A stretch of DNA of 55,894 bases, from contig JAUSOK010000168.1 of NCBI GenBank assembly GCA_030656035.1, forward strand, positions 1 through 55,894. The letters are read 5' to 3'. The position numbers and the translations under genes are program-made. The DNA is from Syntrophales bacterium. Lineage in GTDB: Bacteria; Desulfobacterota; Syntrophia; Syntrophales; Fen-1087. Below the pieces are notes generated by a model. That model searched no databases and was not told the origin of the DNA. It worked only from the letters and a program-made list of their open reading frames with translations. This document shows positions 34,115 through 44,761 of this stretch, one piece after another; the stretch's first letter is position 1; each line of letters starts with the position of its first letter.

Positions 34115-36265
34115 CTAAGCCCCGGCCACCCTTTCCACTGAAATAACGCTGTTGAGCTTTTTCAGGGCCGCGACGACTTCATTAAACTGATCGAGATCCA
34201 TCACGTCCAACTTGAACTCACAGATGGCTTGCATATCATGTTGCCGGGTATCGATTTCAGCATGACTTATATTAATATCCAGTACAGAGATAACGGCGCT
34301 GAGCTCCGCCAGCAGACCCTTCTTATCCCGGCAGATCACGCGCATGCCTACAGGATAGTTTTGTTTTTCCTTGATGCTCCAATGCACATCGATCAATCGC
34401 TCGGAATCGAACTCGTGAATATGGGGACATTGGGTCGTATGGATGGTAATGCCGCGGCCACGGGAAATAAAACCGATAATTTCATCGCCGGGAATGGGTT
34501 CGCAGCATTTGGCGTAACGGACCATGACATCTTCAACGCCCGTCAGGGAAATCCCGGGTGCGGATACGGAGGGCGCCTTTTTTTTTGGCTTCTCCGCAGG
34601 GACATCCTCGCCTTTAACAGTCTCCTCCGGCAGAAGCAGACGAACCACATGCCTGGGGGAAAGCTTGCCGTAACCCACGCTGGCCAGGAGATCCTCCAGG
34701 GAATTCAGCTCGTATTCCTCAAGGATCTTTTTAAATTCATTTGATTTGGCAAAGGAACCGAACTTCAGGTGATGTCGCTTGAATTCCTTATCGAGCATGT
34801 CCTTTCCCAGATCGATACTTTTGGTTCGCTCTTCTGTTTTAATCCAGTTTTTAATCTTGGACCGAGCCCGGGAGGTGACGGCATATTTCAGCCAGTCCTT
34901 GCTGGGGTGATGGCCTGACTGGGTCAGGATTTCAACAGCATCTCCGTTCTGGAGCTGATACTTCAGGGGGACGATATTGCGGTTGACTTTGGCCCCGATA
35001 CATTGATTGCCCACGTCCGTGTGAATGCTGTAGGCGTAGTCGATCGGCGTGGCCCCCCTGGGGAAGGATTTAACATCGCCGTCGGGCGTAAAGACATAAA
35101 CCTCGTCGGGAAACAGCGCCATCTTCAGATTGGACATGAATTCCCGGGGATTTTTAAGCTCCTGTTGCGACTCCAGCAGCTCCCGAAGCCTTTTGATCTG
35201 CTCCGCATCGTCGCCTCGAGAATATTGTTTTTCCTTGTATCGCCAGTGGGCGGCGATCCCCTCTTCCGCCCACTCATGCATGGCCCGCGTGCGAATCTGG
35301 ATTTCCACTCTTTGACCGTGGGGGCCAATCACTGTCGTATGCAGGGAGCGGTAATTATTGGCTTTCGGCATGGCAATATAGTCCTTGAAGCGTCCCGGCA
35401 CCGGCTTCCAGAGGGCATGAACGACGCTCAGCGCTTCATAACAGCTCTTTTCCTGGTCGGACTCAAGGATGACCCGGAAGGCTATCAGGTCATAGACTTC
35501 ATCAAACTGGAGATGTTGTTCCTCCATTTTTTTATAGATGCTGAAAAAATGCTTTGCCCGTCCGTCCACTTCGCCCTTTAATTCAAACCGTTCCAGCTCC
35601 GCCCGGATGACCCCCTTGACTTCTTCCGTATACTGATCGCGCTTCTCCCTGGACTGGGCCACGCGCCGTGCAAGGCCCAGGTAAGCCTCCGAATGAAGAT
35701 ACTGAAAGGAAAGGTCCTCCATCTCCACCTTCATCCAGTTGATCCCCAGGCGATTGGCCAGGGGCGCATAAAGCTCGATGGTTTCCTTGGCGATATACTG
35801 CTGTCGACTCGGAGGCTGAAAACTCAATGTCCTCATGTTGTGAATCCGGTCGGCCAGGCGGACGAGGAGAATCCGGATGTCCGACGACATGGCCAGCATC
35901 ATTTTCCGGAAATTTTCCGCCTGCCTTTCTTCCTGGCTGCCAAAGGTGATTTTGCTGATCTTGGTCAGACCTTCGACCAGAAACGCCACGTCTTTTCCGA
36001 ACCCTTCACGGATCTGGTTAATCGTGGCCAGAGTGTCCTCGACAGTGTCATGGAGTAAACCGGAAATGATCGTTGAAGCATCCAGCTTCATGTCTGATAG
36101 TATTCCGGCCACTTCCATGGGATGAGTGAGATAAGGCTCGCCGGACAGCCGGACCTGCCCCTGGTGGACGGAAGCCGAAAAAATATAGGCCTTTTCGATC
36201 ATCTCCTGTTCTTCCGGAGACAGATAGTCCTGCGTCTTGTCCAGAATATCCGTGATTCTCAGCAT
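34115..36265 (-). CDS. relA: Bifunctional (p)ppGpp synthetase/hydrolase (RelA/SpoT homolog)
   Basis: HD hydrolase motif (YLTHPMEVAGIL...LLHDTVEDT), synthetase core (YRSLHTTV...EIQIRT) and TGS and ACT-like C-terminal regions. 716 aa. Confidence 0.9.
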   Translation of the reverse strand: MLRITDILDKTQDYLSPEEQEMIEKAYIFSASVHQGQVRLSGEPYLTHPMEVAGILSDMKLDASTIISGLLHDTVEDTLATINQIREGFGKDVAFLVEGLTKISKITFGSQEERQAENFRKMMLAMSSDIRILLVRLADRIHNMRTLSFQPPSRQQYIAKETIELYAPLANRLGINWMKVEMEDLSFQYLHSEAYLGLARRVAQSREKRDQYTEEVKGVIRAELERFELKGEVDGRAKHFFSIYKKMEEQHLQFDEVYDLIAFRVILESDQEKSCYEALSVVHALWKPVPGRFKDYIAMPKANNYRSLHTTVIGPHGQRVEIQIRTRAMHEWAEEGIAAHWRYKEKQYSRGDDAEQIKRLRELLESQQELKNPREFMSNLKMALFPDEVYVFTPDGDVKSFPRGATPIDYAYSIHTDVGNQCIGAKVNRNIVPLKYQLQNGDAVEILTQSGHHPSKDWLKYAVTSRARSKIKNWIKTEERTKSIDLGKDMLDKEFKRHHLKFGSFAKSNEFKKILEEYELNSLEDLLASVGYGKLSPRHVVRLLLPEETVKGEDVPAEKPKKKAPSVSAPGISLTGVEDVMVRYAKCCEPIPGDEIIGFISRGRGITIHTTQCPHIHEFDSERLIDVHWSIKEKQNYPVGMRVICRDKKGLLAELSAVISVLDINISHAEIDTRQHDMQAICEFKLDVMDLDQFNEVVAALKKLNSVISVERVAGA

Positions 36266-37986
36266 AAAATAGTCTGCATCTGTTCTTTGACGTTATTGAC
36301 AATATAATCTGACACTTCTTCCAGCGAGATAATCTGCACTTCCCCGGATCGCCGAAGCCTGACCTCGACCCTTCCCTCGGCCAGCCTTTTCGGGCCGATG
36401 GTAACGCGTAGCGGAATACCGATCAGGTCCGCATCCATGAATTTCACACCCGCCCGTTCATCCCGATCATCCAGGAGCACGTCCACGCCCGTGGCCGCAA
36501 GCTTCAGATAGAGCTCCTCCGCCGTCCGCAGGAGGGCTTCGTCCTTGACATTGACCGGTGTGATAATTACCTGATAGGGCGCCAGGGCCATGGGCCAGAT
36601 GATGCCCTGATCGTCGTAATTCTGTTCGATGCAGGCCGCCACCGTCCGGCCGATGCCGATTCCGTAGCAGCCCATCACGATAATCTGTTCCTGCCCGTTT
36701 TTATCCAGATAGCGGGCCCCCATGGCCTTTGAATATTTTGTGCCCAGTTTGAACACATGGCCGACCTCGATGCCGCGGGCGAAGCGAATGGCGCTCCGGC
36801 AGCGGGGGCAGACGTCGTCTTCCTTGACGGCCCGCAGATCGACAAAATCGTTGACCTTGAAATCACGTCCGATGTTTACATTCTTGACATGGTAATCTTC
36901 CCGGTTGGCGCCCATGACCATATTTTTCATGTTCATCAGGGAATAATCCGCCAGTATCCGGCACTTGACGCCGACGGCCCCGGCAAAACCGCGCGGAGAA
37001 TTCGTGACGTCCCGGATCATGTCGTCCATGGCCAGTTCCAGCTCATCGCCGCCAAGATAATTTTTGACCTTGATTTCATTGACTTCCTCATCGCCGCGGA
37101 TCAGAATGGCCACTGCTTTGCCGTCGGCGCTGAAGATCAGGGTTTTCACCACATCCTGCGGCGTCACATTCAGGAAGGCGCAGACCTCCTCGATGGTCCG
37201 GACATCGGGCGTGTGGACCTCCTCGAGGCGCAAAAACTCCTTTTCATCGACGGTTTTTGCATCCGGCCGGGGTACCTCCGCCTTTTCGAGGTTTGCCGCG
37301 TATTCGCAACTCGTACAATAAGTCATGGCGTCTTCGCCGGAATCCGCCGTGACGAGAAATTCATGGGAAAAACTGCCGCCGATGCTTCCCGTGTCCGCCT
37401 CGACGGACCGGAACCTGAGACCGCAGCGTGTAAAAATCCTGTTGTACGCATCAAACATTTTCCGATAACTGATTTCAGCGCCTTCCTCATCCGTATCGAA
37501 ACTGTAGGCGTCTTTCATGCCGAATTCCCGGCAGCGCATGACGCCGAAGCGAGGGCGGATCTCGTCCCGGAATTTGGTCTGAATTTGATAGAGATTGACC
37601 GGCAGTTGACGGTAGGATTTGACTTCATTGCGGACCAGATCGGTGACGACCTCCTCGTGCGTGGGACCGAGACAGCACTCCCGGTCGTTCCTGTCCCGAA
37701 AGCGCAGCAGTTCCTTGCCGTAATGGGTCCAGCGTCCCGATTCGTGCCAGAGTTCCGCCGGCTGGACGGTGGGCATGAAAATCTCCTGAGCGCCGGCACG
37801 GTTCATCTCGTCGCGGACAATCTGTTCAAATTTCCGGATCACGCGATAGCCCAGAGGCAGGTAGGAATAGACCCCGCTGGTCAACTTTCTGATCAGGCCC
37901 GCCCGCAGCATCAACTGATGGCTGACCACTTCCGCATCGGAAGGGACCTCCCTTACCGTCGGCAGGAACATTTCCGAATAACGCAT
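36259..37986 (-). CDS. proS: Prolyl-tRNA synthetase (bacterial type with editing insertion)
   Basis: A 575-aa ORF starting MRYSEMFLPTVREVPSDAEVVSHQLMLRAGLIRKL, with class II motifs (FRDEIRPRFGVMRCREFGMKDAYSF; GCYGIGIGR). Confidence 0.9.
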   Translation of the reverse strand: MRYSEMFLPTVREVPSDAEVVSHQLMLRAGLIRKLTSGVYSYLPLGYRVIRKFEQIVRDEMNRAGAQEIFMPTVQPAELWHESGRWTHYGKELLRFRDRNDRECCLGPTHEEVVTDLVRNEVKSYRQLPVNLYQIQTKFRDEIRPRFGVMRCREFGMKDAYSFDTDEEGAEISYRKMFDAYNRIFTRCGLRFRSVEADTGSIGGSFSHEFLVTADSGEDAMTYCTSCEYAANLEKAEVPRPDAKTVDEKEFLRLEEVHTPDVRTIEEVCAFLNVTPQDVVKTLIFSADGKAVAILIRGDEEVNEIKVKNYLGGDELELAMDDMIRDVTNSPRGFAGAVGVKCRILADYSLMNMKNMVMGANREDYHVKNVNIGRDFKVNDFVDLRAVKEDDVCPRCRSAIRFARGIEVGHVFKLGTKYSKAMGARYLDKNGQEQIIVMGCYGIGIGRTVAACIEQNYDDQGIIWPMALAPYQVIITPVNVKDEALLRTAEELYLKLAATGVDVLLDDRDERAGVKFMDADLIGIPLRVTIGPKRLAEGRVEVRLRRSGEVQIISLEEVSDYIVNNVKEQMQTILC

Positions 37987-38082
37987 CCAATTCTCTCCTT
38001 TCGTCTATATCTGTCCGATATCGCTATATTCCATCAGGCCTGGGAAAAAAGGTTTCATGATTTCTTGAAAAGCTTCCAATAT

Positions 38083-39174
38083 CTATTTGTCTATGCACTT
38101 CAATTCATGCGGTATCAGCATTTGCCGGATTTCTTCGATCAATACGGGAACAAAATCTCCTTCCTTGACTTTCCGCACAATCCGGCCCTTTTTGAACAGC
38201 ATGCCGGATCCCCTTCCGCCAGCGATACCGATATCCGCCTCGGCCGCCTCTCCCGGTCCGTTGACCACGCATCCCATCAGGGCGATCTTGAGATAAGCCT
38301 TCATGCCGGCCAACTGCCTTTCCACTTCCTGCGCAAGCTTGCAGAGGTCGATTTCGCAGCGCCCGCAGGTGGGGCAGGCGATGATATCCGGCCCGACCTT
38401 CCGGATGTTCAGCGCGCGCAGGATCCCGTAAGCGATTCCCATCTCCGCCACGGGGTCGCCCGTCACCGACACCCGGATGGTATCGCCGATTCCCTCCGCC
38501 AGAAGCGTACCGATCCCGATCGCGGACTTGACGGCGGCGTTGACCAGCGTTCCCGCCTCGGTCACCCCTAAATGGAGGGGATAGTCTGACTGTGCTGAAA
38601 AGCGCCGGCAGGCCTCCATCATGGTCATCACGTCGGAAGATTTCATGGAAACCTTGATCGCCGTAAAGTCCATCTCCTCAAACAGGGCAATGCTTCTCAA
38701 CGCGCTCTCGACCAGGGCCTCCGGCTTTGGGCCGCCATATTTCGCTAAGAGTTCCTTGTCCAGCGAGCCCGCATTGACCCCGATCCGAATTGCCACGTCC
38801 CGGTTTTTTGCCGCCCCGACGACGGCTCTGATCTTCTCGGCGCCGATGTTTCCCGGATTGATGCGGATGCCGTCCGCCCCGTGTTTCATCGCCTCCAGGG
38901 CAAGGCGGTGATTGAAATGAATGTCGGCAATGAGGGGCGCCCGAATCTGCTTTTTAATGGCCTTCAGCGCCGCCGCCGCTTCCTGGTCGGGGACGGCCAC
39001 GCGGACCAATTCACAGCCGGCGTCCTCCAGGGCCTTGATCTGAGCCACCGTTGCCTTGACATCGCGGGTGTCCGTACAGGTCATGGACTGCACTACCACA
39101 GGCGCTTCGCCGCCCACCTGGACACCGCCGACAAAAACAGGCCTTGTTAATTTTCTGAGGATCTGCTGTTCCAA
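38083..39174 (-). CDS. ispG: 4-hydroxy-3-methylbut-2-en-1-yl diphosphate synthase
   Basis: A 363-aa ORF with GGEAPVVVQSMT, RINPGNIG, and cluster cysteines CPTCGRC...GCVVNGPGE. The start is an apparent TTG. Confidence 0.9.
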   Translation of the reverse strand: MEQQILRKLTRPVFVGGVQVGGEAPVVVQSMTCTDTRDVKATVAQIKALEDAGCELVRVAVPDQEAAAALKAIKKQIRAPLIADIHFNHRLALEAMKHGADGIRINPGNIGAEKIRAVVGAAKNRDVAIRIGVNAGSLDKELLAKYGGPKPEALVESALRSIALFEEMDFTAIKVSMKSSDVMTMMEACRRFSAQSDYPLHLGVTEAGTLVNAAVKSAIGIGTLLAEGIGDTIRVSVTGDPVAEMGIAYGILRALNIRKVGPDIIACPTCGRCEIDLCKLAQEVERQLAGMKAYLKIALMGCVVNGPGEAAEADIGIAGGRGSGMLFKKGRIVRKVKEGDFVPVLIEEIRQMLIPHELKCIDK

Positions 39175-39459
39175 GAAGATAATCCCGTGACCAGGCTCAT
39201 TCCCATTCGGGGAGCGGGCCGAGGCGTGTGCATCGCAACCGTTGCATCGTCGGCTTGCAATTTATCGAATAACCGCATCTTTGATGCTTTTGCGCAGTAT
39301 ATCACGAAGCGACCCGGCCCTTCAACACGTATTTAGAGGAATTGGAGGAAGTGCGGTTTGGATAGTTTGTTGGACAAGCGATTGCCTCAGGCGCCGGCTC
39401 GTCGAGCCCCGGTGGATAAGGTGTTCACTGTTTCAGATTTGTACAGAAGGCGACACCGG

Positions 39460-41394
39460 TTATGAACCCTTAAAAACTACTACCCCGAGTGGAGGTATCA
39501 CCAGGGAAAGCGAGTGCTGCTCCCCATGATACGGTATTGGTGTTGCCTCAACACCACCCATATTTCCCTGACCGCTGCCGCCATAGTGTTTTGCATCGCT
39601 GTTGAGAACCTCCCTCCAGAATCCTCCCTGTGGAACGCCGATACGGTAATTATAACGTGGAACCGGGGTAAAGTTGCACACTACAATAACCACATCTTCT
39701 GTGGTTTTTCCTTTTCTGGAGAAACTAATGATGCTCTTTTCCCCGTCCTTAAAATCAATCCATTGAAACCCTTCCGGTTCAAAGTCACATTCATACAGGC
39801 AGGGTTCAGATTTATAAAAATAATTCAGATCCTTCATCCATTGCTGTACGCCACGGTGATAGGGATATTCAAGCAGATGCCAGTCAAGGCTTGCCTCGTG
39901 GTACCACTCCGACCACTGACCAAACTCGCCACCCATGAAGAGCAATTTTTTACCTGGATGTGTGTACATATAACCAAACAGCAGGCGAAGGTTGGCAAAT
40001 TTCTGCCAGTCATCACCGGGCATTTTTTGCAGTAACGATCCCTTGCCGTGAACGACCTCATCGTGGGAAAGAGAAAGAACGAAATTCTCGGTAAATGCAT
40101 ATGACATGCTGAATGTCAGCACCTGCTGATGATATTTGCGAAAAACAGGCTCCTTGGAGAAGTATTCAAGCGTATCATGCATCCACCCCATATTCCACTT
40201 CATGCCAAATCCAAGACCACCGACATAGCTGGGCCGGGAGACCATGGGCCAGGCGGTGGATTCTTCTGCTATCATCTGGATATCGGGAAATTGCCGGTAC
40301 ACGTGCTCATTGAGTGCTTTCAGCATATTTATAGCAGGTATGTTTTCCCGCCCGCCATACTCGTTGGGAATCCACTCGCCCTCTTTCCGGGAATAATCAA
40401 GATAGAGCGTTGACGCTACGGCATCAACCCGGAGGCCGTCTGCATGATACTTCTCAAGCCAGAAATGAGCGCTGCTGATTAAAAAGTTTTTTACTTCATT
40501 TCTCCCGTAGTTAAAGATATAGCTGTCCCAGTCAGGGTGAAAACCTTTTCGGGGGTCAGCATGCTCAAACAGGTGCGTGCCATCAAAATAGATGAGCCCG
40601 TAGCCATCACCAGGAAAATGTGAAGGCACCCAGTCAAGGATAACCCCGATTCCGTTCTGATGCAGGTAATCAATGAGATACATTAAATCCTGCGGTGTAC
40701 CGTAGCGGCTGGAGGGAGCAAAATAACCCAGTGTCTGGTACCCCCATGAGCCGTAAAATGGGTGCTCCATTACCGGCAGCAGTTCCACATGGGTGAATCC
40801 CATATCTTTAACATAGTCGGCAAGAGTGGGCGCAAGTTCCCTGTAGGTGAGAGATCGGTTGTTTGCTTCCGGCGCCCGTCGCCAGGAGCCGAGATGCACC
40901 TCGTATACTGACATCGGCGCGTTGAGCCCGTTATGCAGGCGCCGATTCTTCATCCAGTCCGTGTCGCCCCAGCTGTAGTCAAGATCCCAGACAACAGAGG
41001 CGGGCTGAGTGGCAGTTTCCCAGAAGAAGGCAAACGGATCCCCTTTGTCATACTCGTAGGACAGATGACTGGAAACCATGTGATATTTATAAAGGGATCC
41101 TTTTTCGACTCCGGGTATGAACCCTTCCCAGATGCCCGAGCCATCCCAGCGGACTCTGAGGCGATGGGACTGAGAATCCCAGCCATTAAAATCGCCCATG
41201 ACGGTAATACTTTTGGCATTCGGCGCCCAGACAGCAAAAAAAGTGCCTTTCTCTTGTTTCATGGTTGTGATATGGGAGCCGAGCTTTTCAAAGCAGTGGA
41301 AGTGGTTTCCTTCCTTGAAAAGATGAATATCATACTCGCTCATGAGGCTTTCGCCAAGGATTACAACTTCGTTTTTTTTGGCTTTTTTTACCAT
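39460..41394 (-). CDS. glgB: 1,4-alpha-glucan branching enzyme (GH13_9)
   Basis: A 644-aa ORF with GFTHVELLPVMEHP, DWVPSHF, GLRVDAVASTLY, IAEESTAWP and LSHDEVVHGK. Confidence 0.9.
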   Translation of the reverse strand: MVKKAKKNEVVILGESLMSEYDIHLFKEGNHFHCFEKLGSHITTMKQEKGTFFAVWAPNAKSITVMGDFNGWDSQSHRLRVRWDGSGIWEGFIPGVEKGSLYKYHMVSSHLSYEYDKGDPFAFFWETATQPASVVWDLDYSWGDTDWMKNRRLHNGLNAPMSVYEVHLGSWRRAPEANNRSLTYRELAPTLADYVKDMGFTHVELLPVMEHPFYGSWGYQTLGYFAPSSRYGTPQDLMYLIDYLHQNGIGVILDWVPSHFPGDGYGLIYFDGTHLFEHADPRKGFHPDWDSYIFNYGRNEVKNFLISSAHFWLEKYHADGLRVDAVASTLYLDYSRKEGEWIPNEYGGRENIPAINMLKALNEHVYRQFPDIQMIAEESTAWPMVSRPSYVGGLGFGMKWNMGWMHDTLEYFSKEPVFRKYHQQVLTFSMSYAFTENFVLSLSHDEVVHGKGSLLQKMPGDDWQKFANLRLLFGYMYTHPGKKLLFMGGEFGQWSEWYHEASLDWHLLEYPYHRGVQQWMKDLNYFYKSEPCLYECDFEPEGFQWIDFKDGEKSIISFSRKGKTTEDVVIVVCNFTPVPRYNYRIGVPQGGFWREVLNSDAKHYGGSGQGNMGGVEATPIPYHGEQHSLSLVIPPLGVVVFKGS

Positions 41395-41413
41395 GTCAGG
41401 TATTCCTCCTCTC

Positions 41414-44400
41414 TCAGGGAACGGTCCGGAGAATATGGTTTATTCCCTTTATGGGAATGATCACCCATTCCGGGCGGTTGTTGAGCTCGTAGCCAAGTTC
41501 GTAGATAGCCTTTTCCAGCAGAAAGGTTTTCAGCATGATTTCCAACTCCTCCCGGGTCTGCGGCATAAATGAAGCCGTGCCGGTTGCTCTCATGTACCCC
41601 TCAAGAAATGCACGACATACATACAGGTACCAGGGTTCAATCCACTGTTCTAAAAAAGAGGAATCCTCTTTGCGAAATGATTTATTGAAAAACAGGGTGG
41701 CATAAGCGGCATAGTGAAACGAGCGGATCATGCCCGCAACATCTCTCAAGGGTGAATACTTAAGCCGCCGCTCAGAGATGGTCCGCGCCGGTTCACCTTC
41801 AAAATCTATGATAACAAAATCCTTGCCGGTATAGAGAACCTGGCCAAGGTGATAGTCGCCGTGAATCCTTGTTTTGAAAGCGGAGAGTTTGTTCTTCAGA
41901 ATTTTCTGCATGCTGCTGATAATTGCATGCTTTTGTGAGCGGATGTTATTCACGTCTTCGATAAACTCCGGCGGTATCCGCTGCATATTTTTTTTAAACG
42001 CCTGGGATACCCTCCGTACCAGGCTGTCCATCGACTGGTACCGAGATTTCTGATAGAGAAGGGTAAATGGTTCCGGAGCAAACGCCTCATCATGGGGTCC
42101 GGAACTCAATGCCAGATGCAGTTCAGCAGTCCGTTGCCCCAGCAGCGATGCCATATCGAGATACATATTGCCGATAAGCTCATGTAAAAGCGGCGGAATC
42201 TGCGCAGCGCTCACATCAAGGAGCATGGGGAGTTCAAAAGTGACGTGTCGCAGCTCATCCCGCCGTGACAGCACCCGCTCAAAATATTCCGCTACGACAT
42301 CAAGTGTGTAAGTCCACGCATCGCCCGTATTGCTCACGTAGTGCTGCAGCATGGCAATGGTAATTGGTTCTGCCTGCGGCCGCCTCAGCTCAATGGCTCC
42401 TGCAAACTGCGGTATATGCGGGTAGTGTACGGTTTCGGTAAGGCGGCGCACAACCTCGGCGTCCGGATTAAGACCTTCGCCAAGCCGCCGGTAGAGCTTT
42501 AAATACAGCCGGTCGCCATAGACAACGGACGTGTTGCTCTGTTCTGCGGTGAGCAGTCTGGACGAGAGCACGGCAAGCTCTTCGTCCGGCATGAACTGTT
42601 TTGCTTTTTTCTCAGAGTAGAATACCAACTCGCCGGTTTTTGCCCTGATCCGCTTTCGTTTAATAATACCCTGCAGCAGCATCCTGCGGAATTCATCATC
42701 ATAGAGGCCGTCATACAGAATTCCCTGTCCCTCTTCGCTGACCAGATGACAGATAATAGCCTTATTGCTCTCTTCTTCGCTCTTGTTGAATTGGCCTTTC
42801 AAGGCATAAGAAACCGGCAGCAGATATAATTCAGGCGCGCCTTCGTTATAACTTACCTCGATGACCAGCATATGGGAGGGAGCCGGCTGTTTCTCAAAAA
42901 GCATATCTTCAATGATGCGAACCCTGATGATGGTTTTTGCCTTTGCCCCGAACCAACGACACATGTGCAGATACCGGGATAGCACGTTTTGCTCAAGCTG
43001 ATCCCTGTGCGTCTTTGAAAAAATAAGCTCCCATGGACCGTCAACCTTTGCCTGGTGGGCTGTGATACGCGGCGGGAGGGAGAGTACCTCTTTTTTCTTC
43101 CGCAGCAGCAGCCAGTAATGACTGTGGGGTCCGAACGTAAGCAAGTAAGGCGATTTTCTGATAAGAGGGAATTTGTTTCCACTGAAAATCTCCTCAGGAA
43201 TCAGTCCGGCATAGGGTGACAGGTCTATTTCAATAGCCTGGGAGAACCGTGACAGGTTGATAAAGACCAGAATTATCTCATCCTGGTACTTTCGGGAAAA
43301 TGCAAGCACCTTGGGGTTATTCGGCGAGAGAAGATTCAGGCTGCCGCGGCTGAAGGCTTTATAGCGCCTGCGCATGGCGATTACCCGTTTCATCCACCAC
43401 AGCAGGGATGATAAATTTTTTTCCTGATTTTCCACATTTACTGTCTCATAATGATACTCCGGGTCGATAATTAACGGCATGTACAGCTGCTGTGGATTTG
43501 CCTTGGAGAAACCGGCATTGCGGTCCGGGTTCCACTGCATGGGCGTGCGCACACCATTGCGATCGCCCAGATAATAGTTGTCGCCCATGCCGAGTTCATC
43601 GCCATAGTATATGACCGGGGTGCCGGGAAATGAGAAGAAAAGAATATTCATGAGTTCTATTTTTTTGCGGTTGTTCCCGAGCAGGGGCGCCAGCCGTCTG
43701 CGGATGCCGAGATTGATCTTTGCCCGCGGATCCCTGGCATATGTGTTGTACATGTAATCCCGCTCCTCATCAGTCACCATCTCAAGGGTCAGTTCATCAT
43801 GGTTGCGCAAAAAAATTGCCCACTGGCAGGGATCGGGTATCGACGGAGTGGACTTGAGAATGTCTATGATCGGGTAGCCGTCCTCCATCTGGATGGCCAT
43901 GAACATACGGGGCATCAGAGGAAAGTGGAATGCCATGTGACACTCATCACCCGCTCCGAAATAGGCGGCGGCGTCTTCCGGCCACTGGTTTGCCTCAGCC
44001 AGCAGCATTTTATTATTAAACGAGGAGTCTATATGCCCGCGCAGCGTTTTCAGAAATTCGTGCGTCTCAGGCAGGTTTTCACAATTGGTGCCATCGCGCT
44101 CATACAGATAGGGCACGGCATCGAGGCGCAGGCCGTCAACGCCCATGGATAGCCAGAAATCAATCGCCTTGAACATCATCCGGTGCACAGCGGGATTTTC
44201 ATAATTTAGATCCGGCTGATGGGAATAGAAACGGTGCCAGTAATAGGCCTGTGCAGTGGGATCCCATCGCCAGTTTGACGCCTCGAAATCTTTGAAAATA
44301 ATCCGGGCATCCTGATACAGTTCTGCCGTGTTGCTCCAAACATACATATTCCTCCAGCTTGATCCTGGTTTTGCCTGCCGGGAACGTTTGAACCACTCAC

Positions 44401-44743
44401 TCTCGTTGGAGGTATGATTCAGCACCAGCTCGGTTATGACGCGAATTCCGCGTCGGTGAGCTTCCCGTAAAAACTCTTTAAAATCCCTCATCCTGCCGTA
44501 GTCGGGATGGACGTCAAAATAATCGGCGATATCATATCCATCGTCCCGCTGCGGTGAAGGATAAAACGGCAAAAGCCATATGGCTGTAATACCCAACCCC
44601 TCAAGATAATCGAGCTTTTGCAGAAGGCCCCTGAAATCACCCACGCCGTCGCCGGTGCTATCGTAAAACGCTTTAACATGGAGTTCATAAATGATTGCGT
44701 CTTTATACCACTGGGGGTCATTATCTAACAAAATCTCTTTCAT
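41414..44743 (-). CDS. treS: Trehalose synthase fused to maltokinase (TreS-Pep2/Mak)
   Basis: A 1109-aa ORF. The N-terminal GH13 region shows WYKDAIIYELHVKAF, LNHTSNES, GLRLDAVPYL and FLRNHDELTLE. The C-terminal kinase-like domain shows IHGDYHLGQVLY and DFEGEP. Confidence 0.9.
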   Translation of the reverse strand: MKEILLDNDPQWYKDAIIYELHVKAFYDSTGDGVGDFRGLLQKLDYLEGLGITAIWLLPFYPSPQRDDGYDIADYFDVHPDYGRMRDFKEFLREAHRRGIRVITELVLNHTSNESEWFKRSRQAKPGSSWRNMYVWSNTAELYQDARIIFKDFEASNWRWDPTAQAYYWHRFYSHQPDLNYENPAVHRMMFKAIDFWLSMGVDGLRLDAVPYLYERDGTNCENLPETHEFLKTLRGHIDSSFNNKMLLAEANQWPEDAAAYFGAGDECHMAFHFPLMPRMFMAIQMEDGYPIIDILKSTPSIPDPCQWAIFLRNHDELTLEMVTDEERDYMYNTYARDPRAKINLGIRRRLAPLLGNNRKKIELMNILFFSFPGTPVIYYGDELGMGDNYYLGDRNGVRTPMQWNPDRNAGFSKANPQQLYMPLIIDPEYHYETVNVENQEKNLSSLLWWMKRVIAMRRRYKAFSRGSLNLLSPNNPKVLAFSRKYQDEIILVFINLSRFSQAIEIDLSPYAGLIPEEIFSGNKFPLIRKSPYLLTFGPHSHYWLLLRKKKEVLSLPPRITAHQAKVDGPWELIFSKTHRDQLEQNVLSRYLHMCRWFGAKAKTIIRVRIIEDMLFEKQPAPSHMLVIEVSYNEGAPELYLLPVSYALKGQFNKSEEESNKAIICHLVSEEGQGILYDGLYDDEFRRMLLQGIIKRKRIRAKTGELVFYSEKKAKQFMPDEELAVLSSRLLTAEQSNTSVVYGDRLYLKLYRRLGEGLNPDAEVVRRLTETVHYPHIPQFAGAIELRRPQAEPITIAMLQHYVSNTGDAWTYTLDVVAEYFERVLSRRDELRHVTFELPMLLDVSAAQIPPLLHELIGNMYLDMASLLGQRTAELHLALSSGPHDEAFAPEPFTLLYQKSRYQSMDSLVRRVSQAFKKNMQRIPPEFIEDVNNIRSQKHAIISSMQKILKNKLSAFKTRIHGDYHLGQVLYTGKDFVIIDFEGEPARTISERRLKYSPLRDVAGMIRSFHYAAYATLFFNKSFRKEDSSFLEQWIEPWYLYVCRAFLEGYMRATGTASFMPQTREELEIMLKTFLLEKAIYELGYELNNRPEWVIIPIKGINHILRTVP

Positions 44744-44761
44744 GCAGGTGCGTTATCCTCC

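Noticed and set aside
39175-39459. Integration scars (att-like repeats, tRNA fragment, integrase remnant) at the left border of the low-GC island
   Set aside because: I found only a short GCAAC-C-GTTGC palindrome and the spurious 95-aa ORF 39242..39529. No direct repeat matches the right border (55.6-55.8 kb).
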